43,080 bases of DNA from a virus (lineage: Duplodnaviria > Caudoviricetes). The stretch covers positions 1 through 43,080 of IMG/VR virus record IMGVR_UViG_3300035492_000416. The stretch is one strand, 5' to 3'. Under the pieces are notes generated by a model. That model was not told where the DNA came from and made no database searches. It saw nothing but the letters and a program-made list of their open reading frames with translations. Below are positions 18,986-28,683 of the stretch, piece after piece. A program made the translations under genes and the position numbers. Position 1 is the first letter of the stretch; every line of letters starts with the position of its first letter.

Positions 18986-19456
18986 CTATGGTTGCGGGTA
19001 TTGCTCGACGAAAGTGGCGGCGAGTTGGGCCTGCACGATCGCTATCGAATGGCCCGGGGCCGGGTAGTTGAACTCCACATCGCCCAGCACGACGCCTTGC
19101 AGCATTCCGCGCAGCTGTGGCGGAGGCGGGTCGCGTAGCACCCTGGCGATGCTCCACTCGACCAGATCGAGTAGCGCGTGCCGGGCCTTACCGGCGTGCT
19201 GATCGAAGTCGATGACAACTTCCACCTGGTAGGCGCGAGCGCGACGACCAGAGAGCGTGACCCCCTGAGGCGTCACCGCATCGCCGGCGGATGCCGCCAC
19301 CAGCGTTGCAACCGGCAGCGCCGCGCCCTGGGCGAGGTCTTCGTAGAACTGGCCCACCTCGACGGCGGCCAGCGTCAGCGGGTAGCCATTGGCTTCGGTA
19401 ATCTGACGCAGGCGATTGGCAATGTGATCGGTGATCTCCGTGGCGATCGGCGTCAT
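18986..19456 (-). CDS. Tail terminator/completion protein (gpU-like)
   Basis: LRQITEANGY motif, size and position before tail tube gene. Confidence 0.7.
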   Translation of the reverse strand: MTPIATEITDHIANRLRQITEANGYPLTLAAVEVGQFYEDLAQGAALPVATLVAASAGDAVTPQGVTLSGRRARAYQVEVVIDFDQHAGKARHALLDLVEWSIARVLRDPPPPQLRGMLQGVVLGDVEFNYPAPGHSIAIVQAQLAATFVEQYPQP

Positions 19457-20058
19457 CAGAACAGTTCCTTATCCAGATCCCGGTTGAACTCGAAGCCAAG
19501 CCGGTCGGCAGCCCGTTCGCGCACGCTGTCATCCACCGCCACGCGGAACAAGGCAGCGGCCGAGGGGCCGTGTGCGTCTTCTGGCACCGCGTAGTTGTAG
19601 CGGTACTCCTTGATGTGCTGACGCTTGCTGCGCGCCGTCAGCTTGCGCTCACGCACGCTACGGGTAGCGAGCGGCAGCTTGCGGGCGCTGGCCGGGTTGA
19701 TGAACCCTGCCGCGACCTTCTCGCCGCGCCACCATTGCACCAGGATGCGCGCGCGGATCTTCGACCCATCGACCGTATCGGCACGATGCCGGTAGCAGCG
19801 CGCGGGGATGCTCGCTGACGACGGCACGATGCTCGCCTCGGGCTTGTTGCTGTTGGCCAGGTTCAGCCGGATACGATCGTTGAAGATGACCCGCCGCACG
19901 CCGGTTGCCTTGGCAAACGGCTCGACAAGCAGCACACGCTTCGCCCACCGCGCCGTGCGGTTGGTTGAGTTGATCTGGATGCGCTCGAATCGCTTCTCGT
20001 CGATGCCGAACGCGGCGGCGCCGTCTTCGAAGGGCGGCAGACTGACTTCCATGCTCAT
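19456..20058 (-). CDS. Minor tail/tail-completion protein (gpZ-like)
   Basis: Basic, NRTARWA and GPSAAALF motifs; ATGA coupling at 20058. Confidence 0.65.
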   Translation of the reverse strand: MSMEVSLPPFEDGAAAFGIDEKRFERIQINSTNRTARWAKRVLLVEPFAKATGVRRVIFNDRIRLNLANSNKPEASIVPSSASIPARCYRHRADTVDGSKIRARILVQWWRGEKVAAGFINPASARKLPLATRSVRERKLTARSKRQHIKEYRYNYAVPEDAHGPSAAALFRVAVDDSVRERAADRLGFEFNRDLDKELF

Positions 20059-20603
20059 AGGCGCTTGACCCACATACGCCGCACGATGCGGTCATCTTCC
20101 GATTCGACCAGGCCCGCGACGCGCCACTGCACACCGTCGACCTTGAATACCGCGCCAGGCTGCGGGCGCCCCACTTCCACCACAGCTGCCTCCAGCTGAG
20201 TCGCAAACTCGACCATGCCGCCGAACTGGCCGGGACGGGCCACCTCGTGAACCAGAAAGACACGGCAGGCTGACGCCACCGCACCCGCCTGGGCAACGAA
20301 ACTGGCCGGCGTTCCGACCAGCTCTTCTGCCGAGATCACCAGCTCAGCGCCATTCCCGCGCGGATCGCGCACGCTGGCCAGGTGAAACAGCCGACCGCCG
20401 TGCCGCAGATAGCGGCCCGGGCGAAACATGTCCGAATGGCGAGCGCGGATCTCAACCAGCGAACGCTGCCGCAACCCGGCAGGGGCCGGACTCTCGCCTT
20501 CCTTGGTGCGGATATCGACCCAGCGCTTGCCCAGCTCCACGGCTTGCAGCTGATCGCTCAGGTCGACCAGCTGCGCGCGGTAACGCAATCGTCCTGCTCT
20601 CAT
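20055..20603 (-). CDS. Head-closure (stopper) protein with an extra C-terminal domain
   Basis: MRAGRLRYR start typical of SPP1 gp16/HK97 gp7-like proteins; about 85 aa longer than usual. Confidence 0.75.
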   Translation of the reverse strand: MRAGRLRYRAQLVDLSDQLQAVELGKRWVDIRTKEGESPAPAGLRQRSLVEIRARHSDMFRPGRYLRHGGRLFHLASVRDPRGNGAELVISAEELVGTPASFVAQAGAVASACRVFLVHEVARPGQFGGMVEFATQLEAAVVEVGRPQPGAVFKVDGVQWRVAGLVESEDDRIVRRMWVKRL

Positions 20604-20604
20604 G

Positions 20605-21165
20605 TCAGAACCTCGGCGGCACTTCGATCTCGGCTAGCAGCGAGTCGGTGAAGTGGCTTGGCAGCTCGGCAAGGATGGTGCCGACCACCATCGTCTCCCG
20701 GAACTCGTGAGCCGTAGCGGCCTGCATCAGCAGCCACTGCCTCACGCCGGGATACGCGGCAAGGTCGGCGCCGGCGTGATAGCGGATGACTAGCCGGCCA
20801 GCCGGGCGCCCCTGCGGAAAATGCAGAAAGCTCTCGCGCTGGCCGCGCTCCAGCCGCAGCGGTGGCAGCGGCTGCAGCTCGGTCATGTTGCCATCAGGCT
20901 CGACGCGCTTGATTGCCAGCACCGTGTCCGCCTGGCCGACGTCGAGCGCATGTCCCGAGCCGTATGACTCGGGCCATTCCTCTTCGTAAACGGCAGGGCG
21001 AATCGCGGCGCCCGTCTTGGCCTCGGCCTGGGCGGTAACGCCAGGAATGATGACCTGCTCGACCAGATCGGCCTGCAGGTCATCAGCCTCGACGCGGCAC
21101 TGCGCAGCCACATCCTCGACGGTCAGCACCTGGGCTGCGCTGTCATACTGGATGCGGCGAGCCAT
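20605..21165 (-). CDS. Head-tail connector/adaptor (HK97 gp6-like, long form)
   Basis: LTVEDVAAQCRVE N-terminus, VRQWLLM..HEFRE C-terminal motif. Confidence 0.85.
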   Translation of the reverse strand: MARRIQYDSAAQVLTVEDVAAQCRVEADDLQADLVEQVIIPGVTAQAEAKTGAAIRPAVYEEEWPESYGSGHALDVGQADTVLAIKRVEPDGNMTELQPLPPLRLERGQRESFLHFPQGRPAGRLVIRYHAGADLAAYPGVRQWLLMQAATAHEFRETMVVGTILAELPSHFTDSLLAEIEVPPRF

Positions 21166-21485
21166 TAGGGTTTCGGCTCGTCGTCATCGTCACCCGGCTG
21201 CGTGTTGCCGCCGGCTTCAGGCTCGACAACTTCAGGCGCTGGCGGCGGCGCCTCCGGCTCAGCTGGCTTGTTATCGACAGCGGGCTTGGCCGGCTTGCCG
21301 GTACCGCCGCTTGCCTTGCCCGCGCCACCCTTGCCCGCTGCCGTAACAGGGCCTGCCTTGGCCATCTCAGCCACCTTGCCATCGACCAGCGCCTTGGCCT
21401 GCGCGGCTTCGAAGCCGGCGCGCTCGCCCTTGGAATAGCCGCGCCAGGACTGGATGAACTTCACCACTACACGATCATTGCTCAT
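21165..21485 (-). CDS. Hypothetical head-associated protein with Pro/Ala/Gly-rich tail
   Basis: AAGG SD; VKFIQSWRGYSKGERAGF..AKALVD small domain following the capsid gene. Confidence 0.75.
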   Translation of the reverse strand: MSNDRVVVKFIQSWRGYSKGERAGFEAAQAKALVDGKVAEMAKAGPVTAAGKGGAGKASGGTGKPAKPAVDNKPAEPEAPPPAPEVVEPEAGGNTQPGDDDDEPKP

Positions 21486-21542
21486 GTCATCACCTTATGA
21501 ATGGGGAACAGCAAGCGCCCCGCCCGAAGGCGGGGCAGCGGG

Positions 21543-22859
21543 TTACATGCCGGCGCCCCACTTGACGCCGACGCCGACGGTGATGCACTCGAGGTGACGT
21601 GGGCCGAAGTCGTGCTTGGCGATGACGCGCACCAGCGTCTGGTCGCGCTGGAAGGCGCTGACCATGTTGCCGCCGGCGTCCTTGTAGGCAGCCTCTTTGC
21701 TGAAGTCGATGACTAGGTCCATGTCCTCGCCGATCATCATGTCGGCGAAGTTCACGAAGTAGATTTCCGACTCGTCGCCGGCATCGCCCAGGTTGACCGG
21801 GATCTGGTTGCTCAGCCCGACCGGGTAGCCCTTGAGCTGCCCTTGGTCGATCTCCGGGTAGGCCTTGTTGCCGTTGCCATCGCGCAACGATTGCAGCCAG
21901 CGCAAAGTGCGCGGGTGCATCAGCCAGCCGCACGAGGTCATCATTACGTTGGCCGTTTCGATGCGGAGCATCAGGCCGCCCAGGAACAGATCGATCTGCT
22001 GCAGGTTTGGCGTAGCGGGCGCCGGCAGCACGTGCTGCGCGATCGCCCAGTGACGCAGGCCCTTGGGCAGCACACCCGAGCCGTCGGCACGGATGAAGTG
22101 CAGATCCTCGGACAGCCCCATGCTGACGGTCAGGTCGTTGGCAACCAGGCTGTCAACGCGTGGATTCACACCGGACATGCGCAGCAGGTCATTGGAAACC
22201 GGAACCAGTGCTGCAGCCTTCTTGGCCGAGAGCTTGGTGTCGCCGAACGTCATGCCGGTCAGCGGGATGTCCTGCTCGGTGCCGATGTAGGTGACCACGG
22301 TGTTGCCGGTGATGCGTGGCATGGTCAGGTTGCCGTTGTTCAGCGGCAGACTGGTCACGCCCATCTTGCGCAGCACCGAAGTCGGGCGCAGCGCCTCGAT
22401 CACATCGGATGCGAAGTTGGTCGGCACCAGGACACCACCAGCGCCCGGCGTTACAGTCGACAGCGCCATCTGCACGTCCGAGCCGAAGTTACCGTCCTTC
22501 GCCATCTGAGCGGCAGCCTGTTGATTGCCCTGCGCCGCTGCCAGCAGGCGCACCATCTGAGCCATCTTGGCGCCCGGAATGTGCTCTTTTCCGTCGCCAC
22601 CATGCATGCGGCTAGAAGGCGGGCCTTGCACGCCCTGGGCGCCCTCGTCCACCGGCACCGCCGACAGTGCGGCGGACTTTTCAGCCGCCTCCGCACGGGA
22701 GATCTTGGCGCTGAGGTCAGCGATCTGAGCCTCCAGGCTGGTGAACTCTTGCAGCTGCTCCGCGCTGAGGTTGGTGCCGTCGGCTTCAAGTTTGGCGAGC
22801 GCCTGCAGCTTGGTGTTCAGCTCGGCGCGTTCGCTACGCAGTTGTAGAACTTTGGACAT
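21543..22859 (-). CDS. Major capsid protein, HK97 fold with N-terminal delta (scaffold) domain
   Basis: Coiled-coil N-terminus, GGVLVP, LRDGNG, AFQRDQTLVR; GGAGG SD before ATG 22859. Confidence 0.95.
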   Translation of the reverse strand: MSKVLQLRSERAELNTKLQALAKLEADGTNLSAEQLQEFTSLEAQIADLSAKISRAEAAEKSAALSAVPVDEGAQGVQGPPSSRMHGGDGKEHIPGAKMAQMVRLLAAAQGNQQAAAQMAKDGNFGSDVQMALSTVTPGAGGVLVPTNFASDVIEALRPTSVLRKMGVTSLPLNNGNLTMPRITGNTVVTYIGTEQDIPLTGMTFGDTKLSAKKAAALVPVSNDLLRMSGVNPRVDSLVANDLTVSMGLSEDLHFIRADGSGVLPKGLRHWAIAQHVLPAPATPNLQQIDLFLGGLMLRIETANVMMTSCGWLMHPRTLRWLQSLRDGNGNKAYPEIDQGQLKGYPVGLSNQIPVNLGDAGDESEIYFVNFADMMIGEDMDLVIDFSKEAAYKDAGGNMVSAFQRDQTLVRVIAKHDFGPRHLECITVGVGVKWGAGM

Positions 22860-22875
22860 GGTGCCTCCTGGGCAT

Positions 22876-22898
22876 AAAAAAGCCCGCACTAGGCGGGC
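22876..22898 (-). terminator. Terminator-like hairpin between protease and capsid genes
   Basis: GCCCGC-CTAGT-GCGGGC followed by T6; similar hairpins precede the large tail gene (~13468-13489), tape measure and endolysin. Confidence 0.6.
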
Positions 22899-22922
22899 CG
22901 GGTGACGCTGCCGCGAACGCGG

Positions 22923-23885
22923 TCAGAGTTGGGATTGGATCGCTGCGGCGCGCGCGCGCACCGACAGTCCGCCGTTGCCACGTGCCGCGCGGCTTTCAGC
23001 CACAGCACGAGACAGGTGATCGACTGCGTCCTGCGGACTTTGCAGGCGATCGGCCAAGCCAGCGCTGATGCCGGCCTGGCCACTGAACAGCCCGGCCTGG
23101 GTGGCGATCACCTTCTCGACGGAAAGGCCGCGATACTCGGCCACCGCACCGACAAACATTTGGTAGCTCTCCTGCACGATCTCCTGCAGTACCTGCATGG
23201 ACTGATCAGTCAGCGGCTCGTGAGGGCTGAGGTCGTTTTTGTGGTCACCGGCGAACACCGTGGTGACTTTCACTCCGGCGTTCTCCAGCATCTTGGAGCG
23301 ATCTAGGTGCTTGGCGATTACGCCGATGGAACCGATACCGCTGGTCTGGCTCACTACGATCTCGCTACAGGCGGCGGCGAGCAGGTAACCACCGCTGTAG
23401 GCCGAGAAGTTCACCAGGCCGGTGATGGGCTTCTGCTGCGCCATGGCGCGAATATCGGCTGCCAGCTCGAACGCCCCCACTGCGGCGCCGCCAGGGCTGT
23501 CGATGTCGAGCACGATGCGCTCGACCATCGGATCGGCCACGGCGGTGCGCAACTGGCGACGCAGCTCCTCGTAACTGGTCATCACCTCGCACATCTGCAG
23601 GTGAGCTGCCCGGCTGACCAGAATGCCGCTAACGGGAATCACCTCGACACCAGTCCGGCCAATGGCATGGCGGCGGTTATGTTCTTCCCGCTCCATGCGA
23701 GCGGAATAGTCGTCATCGTCGTGCCAGAGCTTGGCGCCTTCTGGCCCCTGCGCCTGGGCACCGATGTTGACGATATTCAAGTGCATGGCCTGGTTGGCCC
23801 AGGCAACACCGAGGTCGAGCATTTCCGGCGTGACCAGCAGCGGCTGGTTGAACAGCATGCTGGCCGCTCTCAGGTGGCGTTTCAT
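22923..23885 (-). CDS. Prohead protease, S49 (ClpP/SppA-like) family
   Basis: LDIDSPGG, AYSGGY, GSIGVI, GLADR motifs. Confidence 0.93.
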   Translation of the reverse strand: MKRHLRAASMLFNQPLLVTPEMLDLGVAWANQAMHLNIVNIGAQAQGPEGAKLWHDDDDYSARMEREEHNRRHAIGRTGVEVIPVSGILVSRAAHLQMCEVMTSYEELRRQLRTAVADPMVERIVLDIDSPGGAAVGAFELAADIRAMAQQKPITGLVNFSAYSGGYLLAAACSEIVVSQTSGIGSIGVIAKHLDRSKMLENAGVKVTTVFAGDHKNDLSPHEPLTDQSMQVLQEIVQESYQMFVGAVAEYRGLSVEKVIATQAGLFSGQAGISAGLADRLQSPQDAVDHLSRAVAESRAARGNGGLSVRARAAAIQSQL

Positions 23886-25156
23886 TGTTGGAGAATCCTC
23901 TCGATCTCGGCCTGCGGCAGCTCCAGCTGCGCACGCACATTCGGGTTGGTCAGGTCTGCACCCTTACCCACGTCCACCATGTTCAGCGGCTGCAGGTACA
24001 GGTCGCCGCCCTTGACGGGTGGCATGTTCTCCAGCCGTCGAATGTCGTTCACAGACAACCAGCCCCACTGCCTGCCGATGGCATACGCCTCGTAGCGGCT
24101 CTTCTGGTCGCCGCGCATCAAGCCGGACAGGTTGAACTCGATGAAGTACTTGTGGCGATCCTTGGGCAGCAGGAAGTCGCGCATCATTGCCTGTTCGTGG
24201 CGCTTGGCCCATGGCAGCAGCCCGAACACCACAAACTGAATCAGCAACTGCTCGATGGTGTTGTAGTTGGCCTTCTCCAGGTCATTCACCATCGGCAGCG
24301 GGATCTTGTAGATCCGCGCGATGTTTGTGCCGGTGAGCTTCAGGATGTTCACCACGTCGGCGTCGACGTTGCTCATCGAGATCGGCTTGAAGGTCATGCC
24401 TTCCTGCAGCAGCGCCACCTTCTTCGCGTTGTCGATGCCGCTGTACTTCTCGCCCCATTGCTCGATGATGCGATCGACGCTCTTTTGATCCTTGAGGGCG
24501 GGCGCTTCGCGTGGCCGCTCGATCACACCCGATACCGTGGCGCCGTTTGCGAACGACTTGCCGGTGTAGCGCGTGATCGCCTGAGCCATCCCAACCGTTT
24601 CGGCGTGCACCTCGATGGGGGACAACCCCACGTAGTGGTTCGTCGCCGTCCAGCGCACGTGGTGCACCATGCGCATGGGCACCGGGTCAGCGGTGCCGAT
24701 GCGGTAATACGGCAGCAGGTCGGCGCCCTTGAGCACCTGCACCTTGTCGTTGTTCAGCGGCCAGAGCGCGGAGACGTTGCCGTCTTCGCGCCGATCGATC
24801 CAGGTGTAGCTGTTGCCGCGCAGACCGCACGCCATCTGCTCGCATTCCTTCAGCTCGAATGGCGTCTGGAATCCGTTCGGCTGGTAGCGCAGCACGTCGT
24901 ACAGTGGATGGTTGATGGCAGCGTCGCGCTGGCCGTTGTCCTTGCGTTCGTAGACGTCCAGCGGCAGCTGCGCCAGGCTCTCGGCCAGCAGCGTGACGCA
25001 GTTGTGCAGGATGGGAATGCCGAGCGCCGTCTCAGGCGTGATGGCGACCCCAGCGCTGTTTCCGCCGCCGGAGCCGAGCATGCCGCGCCAGAAGTCGCCG
25101 AAGCTCTCCAGCGTGCCCTGCCGTTGCCCTGCGCCTCGCAGGCTCGAAAAGAACAT
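23882..25156 (-). CDS. Portal protein, HK97 family
   Basis: PNGFQT, LRGNSY, GLSPI, IARIYKIP, WLSVNDIRRLENMPP. Confidence 0.95.
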   Translation of the reverse strand: MFFSSLRGAGQRQGTLESFGDFWRGMLGSGGGNSAGVAITPETALGIPILHNCVTLLAESLAQLPLDVYERKDNGQRDAAINHPLYDVLRYQPNGFQTPFELKECEQMACGLRGNSYTWIDRREDGNVSALWPLNNDKVQVLKGADLLPYYRIGTADPVPMRMVHHVRWTATNHYVGLSPIEVHAETVGMAQAITRYTGKSFANGATVSGVIERPREAPALKDQKSVDRIIEQWGEKYSGIDNAKKVALLQEGMTFKPISMSNVDADVVNILKLTGTNIARIYKIPLPMVNDLEKANYNTIEQLLIQFVVFGLLPWAKRHEQAMMRDFLLPKDRHKYFIEFNLSGLMRGDQKSRYEAYAIGRQWGWLSVNDIRRLENMPPVKGGDLYLQPLNMVDVGKGADLTNPNVRAQLELPQAEIERILQQ

Positions 25157-25158
25157 GC

Positions 25159-25338
25159 TCAGCCCCCCTTGGGTTTCATGGCCGCCGCAGCGCGATCAGC
25201 CAGTAGCGACCAGCCCAGCAGGCCGACCCCAGCCACGATGTACGCGGCGGGGACATTGAGTTGAGCCACACCGGCGACCAGCAGGGCGAAGCCCACCAGC
25301 CCGGCGAGCCAGGAAGCGATCTGCAGTACGGTGTTCAT
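25159..25338 (-). CDS. Small two-TM protein between terminase and portal (59 aa; absent from ORF track)
   Basis: MNTVLQIASWLAGLVGFALLVAGVAQLNVPAAYIVAGVGLLGWSLLADRAAAAMKPKGG; ATGA overlap with terminase stop. Confidence 0.8.
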   Translation of the reverse strand: MNTVLQIASWLAGLVGFALLVAGVAQLNVPAAYIVAGVGLLGWSLLADRAAAAMKPKGG

Positions 25339-27149
25339 ATGCCAACGCCTTCGTCGTAGATGGATTTGCCGCCACCAGGCGGAACGGAGCCGCTGACGCC
25401 CGTGGCGATAACCGACGCAACGATGCCGTCGATGCGGCCGTTGGATTTCGCTTTGTCGATCTTGCGGTTGTTAGCCGGGTCCGACGTGGTCACGGCGTTG
25501 GCCGCGCACATGGTCAGAACCGGGTTGCCGTCGTGCCGCAAGGTTTCCACCAGCTCGAGTTCGCTCGGGTCGACGTCGATGACGTTGCCCTCTTCGTCCA
25601 GCGCCTGGGGCGCCATGCCGAGCAAGCGCCGCTCAAATTCGTCTACGGCCGGCCCCATGCTTTGGTAGCCCTGGCCGAACGGAACGAGCTCGGGCAGCAC
25701 GATGTCATGCTCGATCATCAGCTCTTTCAGGTCTTCGATTCGCCAGCGGTCGTAGCCGATCTGGTGGACGTCGAAGTAGGCGCAGATCTTCTGCAGGCGC
25801 CGCAGGACGTGCAGCTTGCTGATGGCTCTGCCCGGGGTCGTCTCTAGATGGCCTTCCTTGATCCAGACCCGATATGGCGCACGGTCGCGCTTCTCACGTT
25901 CGTCCAGCTCGTGGTCGGGTATCCAGAAGTACGGCAGCAGCCGCCAGTGCGGGTCAGCCTCGGTCGGGTAGAACAGCAGCACGAATGACGTCAGGTCGGT
26001 GGTACTGGAGAGGTCCAGCCCGCCAACACACGGCCGATTGCGCAGCACCCGCATGGGCACCGGCTCTGCCGCGGGCAGCCACACGTCACCACTAATCCAC
26101 GGATTTTCCGCTGCGGTCCACTGGCAAAAATTGAGCCGGCGCACCACCGCTTCCTTGGCCGGCAAGCCGCGGGCAGCGAGCACCTGCTCGCGCAGGTAGC
26201 GCCGGCCGGGGATGCCATCGGTGCGGCCCTCCGGTATGTGATCGAGAGACGGGTTCACCTTCGGCCAGCACGCCTCGTCCTTGAACGGGTCGTCGCCTTC
26301 ATCCAGCGAGCAAACAAACGCGAAGAACGTATCGTCGACCGCCTCGCCGCGGCAGACCCGCACGCTCAGGTCATGGTACTGGCCGGCGACGCTGTTCTTG
26401 TCCGAGCCGCTGTTGGTGATCATCGCCACCAGCGCGCGGCGCCGGCTCTTGGTACCGGCGCGCATCATCTCGACTACGGCGGCGGTCTTGTGCTCGTGCA
26501 CCTCGTCCAGCAGGCCCATGTGTGGGCGCGGCCCGGACTGGCCTTCGTCCGAAGCGATCGCGCGGAAGAAGCTGTTGGTGTTCGGGTAGAACAGGTTCCA
26601 GATCTTCTCGTTGCGCCCCGACTGTTCGATCCTCGCGGCAAGCGACGGCGACATGTTCACCATCGACACGGCGTCGCGGAACAGGATCATGGCCTGGTCG
26701 CGCTTGGTCGCGGCGGCGTAGATCTCCGCGCGCTGCTCGCCATCGGCAACCAGGCCATACAGACCGATCCCACCGATCAGCGGCGACTTGCCCGAGCCTT
26801 TGCCCGTCTCGATGTACGCCAGGCGGAACCGGCGAAAGCCTTCCTCGGCGTACCAGCCGAACAGGCTGCCCACGACGAATGCTTGCCAGGGTGCAAGCAG
26901 GAACGGAGAGCCTTCGTAGTCGCCGCCGTTGAGGCGCAGCACGTCTTCGAAGAACCCTATCGCCCGATTGGCCTGTTCCTGTCGCCACTCCAGGCCGCGG
27001 GCCGGCCCCAGCGCCAGGTCGTTCAGGTGGCGCTGGCAAGCGTTGCGCACATCCGGGCCAGCGACAATCGAGCCGGCCAGCACCGCGTCCGCGAACGCCT
27101 TTACCCGGCAGTCAGCTGAAGTACTGGTCTGCAGCGTCTCTTGGTTCAT
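25335..27149 (-). CDS. terL: Terminase large subunit
   Basis: Walker A GKGSGKS, Walker B LLDEVHE, nuclease GGLDLSS, RIDGIVA. Confidence 0.96.
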   Translation of the reverse strand: MNQETLQTSTSADCRVKAFADAVLAGSIVAGPDVRNACQRHLNDLALGPARGLEWRQEQANRAIGFFEDVLRLNGGDYEGSPFLLAPWQAFVVGSLFGWYAEEGFRRFRLAYIETGKGSGKSPLIGGIGLYGLVADGEQRAEIYAAATKRDQAMILFRDAVSMVNMSPSLAARIEQSGRNEKIWNLFYPNTNSFFRAIASDEGQSGPRPHMGLLDEVHEHKTAAVVEMMRAGTKSRRRALVAMITNSGSDKNSVAGQYHDLSVRVCRGEAVDDTFFAFVCSLDEGDDPFKDEACWPKVNPSLDHIPEGRTDGIPGRRYLREQVLAARGLPAKEAVVRRLNFCQWTAAENPWISGDVWLPAAEPVPMRVLRNRPCVGGLDLSSTTDLTSFVLLFYPTEADPHWRLLPYFWIPDHELDEREKRDRAPYRVWIKEGHLETTPGRAISKLHVLRRLQKICAYFDVHQIGYDRWRIEDLKELMIEHDIVLPELVPFGQGYQSMGPAVDEFERRLLGMAPQALDEEGNVIDVDPSELELVETLRHDGNPVLTMCAANAVTTSDPANNRKIDKAKSNGRIDGIVASVIATGVSGSVPPGGGKSIYDEGVGI

Positions 27150-27636
27150 TGGGGAACAGCTCGCCTTGAGGCGCCAGCGCCTTCATGGCGCGGCGCGCGA
27201 CCGGGGAGAACCCGAACAGCGCGCCAGCCTGATTCGCGCGGCGCTCGGCATCGTTGGCCAGCTGCCGCCAGATGCTCAGTTGCTTGGCGCCGGTCTTGAA
27301 CGTCTGAACGTCGCCGCTGTGCTCCAGCTCGTCGTTCAGCTCGGTGATCTTGCGACGGAAGCGAACCCAGTCGCCCACCGCTTCGCAGTAGGTGGCCAGG
27401 GCCATCATGTCGAGCGTGCTGATCCAGCCCAGGGCGGTCAGCGCTTCCACTACGCGGTCCCATTCCTGAGCACCCTCAGCGCTCAGGAAATCAGGTTTGG
27501 GCGGAGCCTGTACCGGCACAGCGGGTGTGCGCGCAGCGGCTTGTAGCGCAGCCATGCCTTGCTTGCTGGGGTCACCGCGCAGGATGTGAACCGTAGCCGG
27601 CAGCGGAGGCCGCCCGGAATTGGCATTCCCAGCCAT
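27112..27636 (-). CDS. terS: Terminase small subunit, P27 family
   Basis: GRPPLP..LRGDPSK, FGFSPVAR; GAGG SD before ATG 27636. Confidence 0.92.
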   Translation of the reverse strand: MAGNANSGRPPLPATVHILRGDPSKQGMAALQAAARTPAVPVQAPPKPDFLSAEGAQEWDRVVEALTALGWISTLDMMALATYCEAVGDWVRFRRKITELNDELEHSGDVQTFKTGAKQLSIWRQLANDAERRANQAGALFGFSPVARRAMKALAPQGELFPNEPRDAADQYFS

Positions 27637-27659
27637 GTCTGACCCCTCCAGGTCGAAGC

Positions 27660-27750
27660 CCCCCACCCCCCATTTTTCCCGGCGTTGCGAACGGCGATCC
27701 ATAGGTCGTTCTAGGGTTTGGCGGTGTAGGGTTTTTAACCCCCCCTACCC
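27660..27750. other. Probable cos packaging region
   Basis: G/C homopolymer runs flanking ~60 bp between HNH and terS, the usual cos position in HNH/P27-terminase phages; cut site not determinable. Confidence 0.55.
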
Positions 27751-28121
27751 CTGGTGTTCACTCCCGGGGCGGGACGGTTCCAATGGTGGTTCGGATCGAT
27801 CGGCAGACCCGACTCGGAACAACCGAGCCGCCCGCCATTCTCCATCCGCTGCTTGGTCGAGTCGTGGCAGGTCTTGCACAGCGACTGCCAGTTGGCGCGA
27901 TCCCAGAACAGCTTCCAGGCCGCCGCAATTCGCTCGGGGTCGCCGCTCAGCTTGGCGTCACCCAGCCGAGGCGGCGTGATGTGGTCGACCACCGAGGCCG
28001 GGACCAGCCGCCCTGCTCGCTGGCAGAACACGCACAACGGATTGCGCCGCAGGTGATCGGCTCGCGCCTTCTGCCAGCGGTAGCCGTAGCCCTTGGCCGC
28101 AGCGGTCAGCGGCTTAGTCAC
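27735..28121 (-). CDS. Packaging-associated HNH endonuclease (HK97 gp74-like)
   Basis: PLCVFC, VVDHI, NWQSLCKTCHDS; adjacent to terS. Confidence 0.92.
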   Translation of the reverse strand: MTKPLTAAAKGYGYRWQKARADHLRRNPLCVFCQRAGRLVPASVVDHITPPRLGDAKLSGDPERIAAAWKLFWDRANWQSLCKTCHDSTKQRMENGGRLGCSESGLPIDPNHHWNRPAPGVNTRGRGG

Positions 28122-28491
28122 CCTTCACAACCCCGCGCACCTCGCGAATAAGGTCCAGCAGTGACCGGCCCTTGCTCGCTTCGGTGTAGGCGAACCATGC
28201 GCGTACCGACACCCAAGCCGGCAGGCCGCACACGAACACCACCGCACCCAGCCCAACAAGGCCGATGTCGTCGTTCGTCCAATGGCCGATCTCTAGCCAC
28301 CGAATCACAAACGCCCCGCCACCGAGGCTGGCGACAACCGTGCTGATCATCGCCACAACGAACTCCCGCGCCGTACGCGGCAAGGTCATGGCCATCACCA
28401 CAATCGCTACCAGCACTGTGGCGAACGCGCCGAGAACACCGAGCTTGTACAGCGCCAGCCCACCGGCCGCGGTCGTGGCAGGCTCTGTCAT
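28114..28491 (-). CDS. Putative holin (about 3 TM); alternative in-frame GTG start at 28506
   Basis: Three hydrophobic segments, charged C-terminus, first gene after the late promoter; no other holin candidate beside the endolysin. Confidence 0.65.
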   Translation of the reverse strand: MTEPATTAAGGLALYKLGVLGAFATVLVAIVVMAMTLPRTAREFVVAMISTVVASLGGGAFVIRWLEIGHWTNDDIGLVGLGAVVFVCGLPAWVSVRAWFAYTEASKGRSLLDLIREVRGVVKGD

Positions 28492-28523
28492 GGTCAAATT
28501 CCTCACGAGGCATACCCCGTCGG

Positions 28524-28590
28524 CAGAAACGAAAAGGCCCCGCCGAGTGGCGAGGCCAGAAACGAAAAACCCGGCGCGGTGGCCGGGCTT
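28524..28590 (-). terminator. Two tandem terminators (tR'-like) in the late leader
   Basis: Two GC stems, each followed by an identical TTTTCGTTTCTG tail on the minus strand. Confidence 0.75.
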
Positions 28591-28633
28591 GCTGTGAGGG
28601 TCGCTGCTCGCGTACCTCTCTGAACATGACGGA

Positions 28634-28662
28634 TTTATACCCCTCCAATCTCATGGCAGCAA
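28634..28662 (-). promoter_or_regulatory. Late promoter (pR'-like)
   Basis: TTGCTG-17 bp-TATAAA on minus strand upstream of the tandem terminators and holin. Confidence 0.65.
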
Positions 28663-28683
28663 CGGCGTTTCGCTGCCACTCCC

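Noticed and set aside
23885-25264. Long + strand ORFs antisense to portal, capsid, terminase, tape measure and similar (e.g. 459 aa, 334 aa, 293 aa)
   Set aside because: Codon-aligned shadow ORFs expected in GC-rich genes; no SD, coupling or motifs
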